DNA of 64,000 nucleotides from Candidatus Omnitrophota bacterium (GTDB lineage: Bacteria > Omnitrophota > Gorgyraeia > Zapsychrales > Zapsychraceae). The stretch spans positions 132,451 to 196,450 of the forward strand of contig JADFXT010000002.1 in NCBI GenBank assembly GCA_015233405.1, given 5' to 3'. The position numbers were made by a program, and so were the translations under genes. Positions within the stretch are counted from its first letter, which is position 1. Each line of letters begins with the position of its first letter. Shown here one piece after another: positions 60,385-64,000 of this stretch. Under the pieces are notes generated by a model, which was given only the letters and a program-made list of their open reading frames with translations, did not search any database and was not told the DNA's origin.

Positions 60385-61593
60385 TTAAGAGTACTGTTCT
60401 CGTATGTGATTATTTAAAATTGATAAAAATTTTTTATTGATATTCTTGCCGTCCAGCTTCGCGATAAGTTCTCCTTTGGCAAAAACCAGCGCTTGAGGCT
60501 TATCGGATGCGCCGGGTAAGCTTATACCGATATCTGCATGTTTGCTTTCGCCGGGGCCGTTAACGACGCAGCCCATTACCGCGACCGTCATGGTTTCAAT
60601 GCCGGGATATTTTTTTTGCCAGTCAGGCATATTTTTCTTGATATATGATTTTACATCATCGGCAAGATGGATAAATTCATCGCTTTTGGTCCGTCCGCAT
60701 CCTGGACAGCTTGTGACTTTGGGAATAAAGTGCCGGAATCCCAGAGACTGGAGAACGGCTTTACATACCTCCACTTCACGAGCCCGTGAAACGTTGGGTT
60801 GGGGCGTTAGCGATACGCGAATCGTGTCGCCGATGCCTTGTTGTAGCAGAATTCCTAAAGCTGCCGACGAGGCGCTGATGCCTTCGATATCGCTTCCGGC
60901 TTCGGTCAGCCCCAAATGAAATGGATAAAAGCAACGTTTAGCGAGTTTTTCATTTAAAGTAATCAAATCCTGAAGGTCAGAGGACTTTACGCTTAGAATG
61001 ATCTTATTTTTAGGAAGGCCTAATTTCTCGGCGCAAGCAGCACTTTTAAGGGCGCTTTGAATGAGCGCTTCATACCAGACCTCTTTGATTTCAACAGGCT
61101 TCTTACGTTTCTGATTTTGTTCTTTTAAAGCAGAAAAAAGTTCCTGGTCGAGCGAACCGGCATTCACTCCGATACGGACCGGCTTTTTATTTTGAATGGC
61201 GATTTTGATGATTTGGGCGAAGTTGTCTAAATGGCTTTCCCCTTTGCCAATATTGCCGGGATTGATGCGATATTTATCCAATAGCTTTGCTGTTTCTGGG
61301 AATTTTTGCAAAAGCATGTGCCCGTTATAATGAAAATCGCCGATGATCGGCGTCGCATATTTTTTCTGTCGGAGTTTTTTGATGATGGAAACAGCCGCTT
61401 TTGCTGCTTGTTCGTCTTTAATGGTGATGCGGACCATCTCGCTACCGGCTTCAATAAGCTCAATAATCTGGCAAATGGTCGCGGCAACATCTTCCGTCGG
61501 AGTATTCGTCATGGATTGGATGACAATCGGGTAATCGCTTCCGATAAAAATATTTCCGACTTTAACTGCGTGAGTTTTTCGTCTGGCGTGCAT
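60385..61593 (-). CDS. ispG: 4-hydroxy-3-methylbut-2-en-1-yl diphosphate synthase
   Basis: VGNIFIGSDYPIVIQSMTNT, RINPGNIG and the [4Fe-4S] cysteines in TSCPGCGRT...GCVVNGPGE. Confidence 0.95.
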   Translation of the reverse strand: MHARRKTHAVKVGNIFIGSDYPIVIQSMTNTPTEDVAATICQIIELIEAGSEMVRITIKDEQAAKAAVSIIKKLRQKKYATPIIGDFHYNGHMLLQKFPETAKLLDKYRINPGNIGKGESHLDNFAQIIKIAIQNKKPVRIGVNAGSLDQELFSALKEQNQKRKKPVEIKEVWYEALIQSALKSAACAEKLGLPKNKIILSVKSSDLQDLITLNEKLAKRCFYPFHLGLTEAGSDIEGISASSAALGILLQQGIGDTIRVSLTPQPNVSRAREVEVCKAVLQSLGFRHFIPKVTSCPGCGRTKSDEFIHLADDVKSYIKKNMPDWQKKYPGIETMTVAVMGCVVNGPGESKHADIGISLPGASDKPQALVFAKGELIAKLDGKNINKKFLSILNNHIREQYS

Positions 61594-61703
61594 AAGATGT
61601 GTATGTTTTTTGATTTACTTCAAAGGTATTCATGATAAAATAACGACCAACTTGGTTCAATCTTAAAATAAACACACCACAATTGCAAGCCAAATAACAA
61701 AAT

Positions 61704-62627
61704 ATGGAAATTTATTTAGCAAAAACTCAAGGATTTTGTGCCGGGGTTTCCTTTGCGATTGATATCGTCGAGAAAGCCCTCAAGAAATATGGCATGCCTA
61801 TTTATGTTTTTCACGACATTGTTCATAATACCCATGTGGTGAATGATTTTCGCTCCCGGGGTGTTGTTTTTGTCGAGGATTTAGGCGCCGTCCCCGAAGG
61901 CGATCGGGTGATTTTTAGCGCACATGGCGTACCGCCGGAGATTGTCGAAGAGGCGAAAAAAAGAAATTTAAAGATCATTGATGCAACCTGCCCGCTGGTC
62001 GCCAAGGTGCATAAAGAAGCTATTCAATATTCTCAGGCGGGAATTCCGGTCGTCTTAATTGGCCATAAGAATCATCAGGAAATTATCGGCACCTCAGGGT
62101 ATGTCAATCCGAAGCTCTTACACATTATTCAAGATGCTAAAGATGTTGAAAGCCTTCAGTTGGGACCGGCACCGTCTAAGATCGGCGTGATTACGCAGAC
62201 CACTCTTTCGGTGGATGAGACCAGACAGATCATGGACTCCTTAAAGAAAAAATTCCCGGATTCTCAGCTGCTTTTAAAGGCGGACCTTTGTTATGCGACC
62301 CAGAACCGTCAGGATGCGGTCAAAGAGCTCGCACAGATTTGTGATTTGATCATCGTCTGCGGTTCGCGCAACAGTTCTAACAGCAACCGTCTTCGGGAAA
62401 CAGGCTCATCGTCCGGCGTAGAAACCGTTATTATTGATTCCGTCAATGAGCTCGACATGGAGATCTTGGAGAATAAAAATAAAATCGGTATTACTTCCGG
62501 CGCGTCAGTCCCTCGTTTTATCGTCGAAGATGTGGTCGAGACGATCCGAAATGTCTTTACGGATGTTAAGATCCACTCTTTCGAGAATCCGGAGAAAGAT
62601 ATTATCTTTAAATTGCCCGAGATCTAA
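61704..62627 (+). CDS. ispH: 4-hydroxy-3-methylbut-2-enyl diphosphate reductase
   Basis: GFCAGV, IVHN, ATCPLV, GHKNHQE and the SSNSNRL block. Confidence 0.95.
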   Translation: MEIYLAKTQGFCAGVSFAIDIVEKALKKYGMPIYVFHDIVHNTHVVNDFRSRGVVFVEDLGAVPEGDRVIFSAHGVPPEIVEEAKKRNLKIIDATCPLVAKVHKEAIQYSQAGIPVVLIGHKNHQEIIGTSGYVNPKLLHIIQDAKDVESLQLGPAPSKIGVITQTTLSVDETRQIMDSLKKKFPDSQLLLKADLCYATQNRQDAVKELAQICDLIIVCGSRNSSNSNRLRETGSSSGVETVIIDSVNELDMEILENKNKIGITSGASVPRFIVEDVVETIRNVFTDVKIHSFENPEKDIIFKLPEI

Positions 62628-62643
62628 TTCAAGGATTTTAAAA

Positions 62644-62898
62644 ATGGCACGGTTAATTATCAATGACATTCTTTATGACCTAAAAGACGGGGAACCCATC
62701 CGTGATATTTGTGCATCGGCAGGGGTTCCTCTTAATTGTAACTCGGGCGTTTGCGGATCTTGTCTGGTCAAAGTTTTAGAAGGCGCTCAAAACCTTAATC
62801 CGTTAACGGATGAAGAAAAAGATTTGAGCCTGGACGTCAACAGCCGTTTAGCCTGTATGTGCGTTATTCGTCAGGGAATGGTAAAAATAGTTTTTTAA
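62644..62898 (+). CDS. small 2Fe-2S ferredoxin-like protein (84 aa)
   Basis: The internal start MARLIIND lies 14 nt after the ispH stop. The plant-type cluster motif is CNSGVCGSC (C-x4-C-x2-C) plus the downstream Cys in LACMC. Confidence 0.6.
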   Translation: MARLIINDILYDLKDGEPIRDICASAGVPLNCNSGVCGSCLVKVLEGAQNLNPLTDEEKDLSLDVNSRLACMCVIRQGMVKIVF

Positions 62899-62906
62899 AA
62901 TGCTCT

Positions 62907-63422
62907 ATGTCTAAAATGATTATTAAAAAAAGCGATAAAGGAATCACCTCTCTTTGCTTCGGCGGACAGATCTCCAAAGGTTCGCTTCGAATGGATGCCG
63001 TCGGTGATTTGGATGAACTGATGGGCGCTCTTGGTGTGGCCCGCGCGCTTATAAAAGAGAAGTTTCTAAAAGATGAGCTTCTGGAAATCCAAAAAATGCT
63101 TATTGTGGTTTCTGCAGAACTCGCCACGCTTAAAAAGAATTTGTCCCAAATCAAGGGTCGCATCAGTGAGAAGGATTTAGAACTGTTAGACAAGAAAATA
63201 AGCTTTTTGAATAAAAAAGTTTCTCTGCCAAAGTGTTTTATTATTCCCGGCGAAAGCCTTGCCTCGGCACAGTTGAATCTCGCCCGGGCCATCGCTCGTC
63301 GTAGTGAACGAAAGATCGTCAGGCTTTTTGAGGAAAAACAACTCCTCAATAGATGCCTGTTGGCGTGGATGAATCGCTTGTCGCAATATCTATTTTTATT
63401 GTCACAATGTAATCAACATTAA
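62907..63422 (+). CDS. ATP:cob(I)alamin adenosyltransferase, PduO type
   Basis: KGDKG-like SDKGITSL, the MDAVGDLDELMGALGVAR block, and FIIPGESLASAQLNLARAIARRSER. Confidence 0.8.
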   Translation: MSKMIIKKSDKGITSLCFGGQISKGSLRMDAVGDLDELMGALGVARALIKEKFLKDELLEIQKMLIVVSAELATLKKNLSQIKGRISEKDLELLDKKISFLNKKVSLPKCFIIPGESLASAQLNLARAIARRSERKIVRLFEEKQLLNRCLLAWMNRLSQYLFLLSQCNQH

Positions 63423-63431
63423 GGAACAGTT

Positions 63432-64000
63432 ATGGATTTTGCTTATTTCAAAGAGTTGGAAATTAAGATCTTGGAGCATCCACGGCTTTCAGAATTCACG
63501 ACTTTTAAGCTTGGCGGGCCGTGCCCTCTTCTTTTTGAGTGTGAGAATTCGGAACAATTGGAAGCAGTGATCTATGGCCTTAGAGAAGAAGGCAAAGAGT
63601 TTATGGTGATCGGCCAAGGGTCGAACCTGATTGTTTCCGACGATGGCGTGAACGTGGATGTTATCCGTTATATGACGGAACGCCCTGAAATTGTTCGGGT
63701 GGGTAATGATGTGTTTGTTTCCGGCGCAACCCTTCTAGATGATTTGGTGCTATTTTGTGCTAAGGAAGGCCTGGAAGGAATGAATTATGCTTCAGGGATC
63801 CCCGGCACGGTGGCAGGGGCCATTGTCGGTAATGCTGGAGCTTTTGGCAAGCAAATGGCCGACTCTCTCGTTGGTGTTGATCTTTTAACTCCTTTAACCG
63901 TAGAAAAAAGACAGGCTGAACCGAAAGAATTGGGGTTTTCTTACCGAGAGTCGTCTTTGAAGAGCTCCGGCGAGATTGTATTGTCGGCTCAATTGTCTTT
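63432..64000 (+). CDS. murB: UDP-N-acetylenolpyruvoylglucosamine reductase, 3' end outside window
   Basis: The ATG at 63432 gives MDFAYFKELEIKILEHPRLSEFTTFKLGGP...VIGQGSNLIVSDDG...GIPGTVAGAIVGNAGAFG (FAD-binding MurB blocks). The frame stays open to the window end. Confidence 0.88.
   Translation, partial: MDFAYFKELEIKILEHPRLSEFTTFKLGGPCPLLFECENSEQLEAVIYGLREEGKEFMVIGQGSNLIVSDDGVNVDVIRYMTERPEIVRVGNDVFVSGATLLDDLVLFCAKEGLEGMNYASGIPGTVAGAIVGNAGAFGKQMADSLVGVDLLTPLTVEKRQAEPKELGFSYRESSLKSSGEIVLSAQLS

Noticed and set aside
60198-60440. ORFs 60198-60440, 44137-44319, 23682-23864 and 28349-28579, which encode peptides such as VIPAKAGIQ, IPAFAGMT and DSRFRGNDI.
   Set aside because: They are translations of the GTCATYCCCGC palindromic repeats in intergenic DNA, not genes.
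1-64000. Taxonomic assignment, for example to Omnitrophota or another uncultivated lineage known for giant genes and pili.
   Set aside because: The gene content is suggestive: small multi-copy pilins, giant exported proteins and characteristic intergenic palindromes. Without a marker-gene search or phylogeny this cannot be supported from the sequence alone.

Overview
This is a gene-dense bacterial chromosome segment with low to moderate GC. Almost every gene lies on the minus strand; the only plus-strand genes are at 58.7-59.6 kb and 61.7-64 kb. I found no rRNA, tRNA, CRISPR array, transposase or integrase.

Block 1 (1-13.3 kb) is a compact type IV pilus-like locus. It holds an HTH gene, a pilM-pilN fusion, pilO-like and pilP-like genes, secretin pilQ, ATPase pilB, platform pilC and three tandem ~140-aa pilin paralogues. 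A GT-C/TPR (PMT/TMTC-like) membrane glycosyltransferase sits between the pilin genes, and a fourth prepilin gene is cut by the window edge. Two pilin genes carry a duplicated ~245-bp upstream module. It contains a sigma70-like promoter, a GNRA hairpin, an inverted repeat, a sigma54-like -24/-12 motif and an intrinsic terminator.

Block 2 (13.3-45.3 kb) starts with a TolQ/TolR/TolA-like motor cluster and an 828-aa YbgF-like TPR protein. It continues with uvrA, a small lysine-rich tandem-repeat protein and a long co-directional housekeeping run: nadX-panC-folK, dapL-(MORN-like)-dapB-dapA-dapF-lysA, argH-G-F-D-B-J-C, rpsI-rplM, truA, asd, leuB-like, fabF-acpP-fabG, fxsA and folE.

Block 3 (45.3-58.6 kb) is the most unusual part. 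Two adjacent giant genes (3069 aa and 1282 aa) encode signal-peptide proteins that share a ~340-aa N-terminal module and a ~65-80-aa C-terminal module. These bracket different sets of normally cytoplasmic enzyme domains: HAD phosphatase, GT2, a protein-kinase-like fold, pol-beta nucleotidyltransferases and a CDA-type deaminase. Every module junction carries a recurrent D-x-A-M motif. I cannot assign this architecture to any described system.

Block 4 (58.7-64 kb) holds a PHP histidinol-phosphatase-like gene, a DnaQ-like exonuclease, divergent ispG/ispH with a 2Fe-2S ferredoxin, a PduO-type adenosyltransferase and partial murB.

Several families of short GC-rich palindromic repeats occupy intergenic gaps, and one palindromic element appears inserted in-frame in the giant gene. 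All functional calls rest on motif recognition by eye; no database search was possible.
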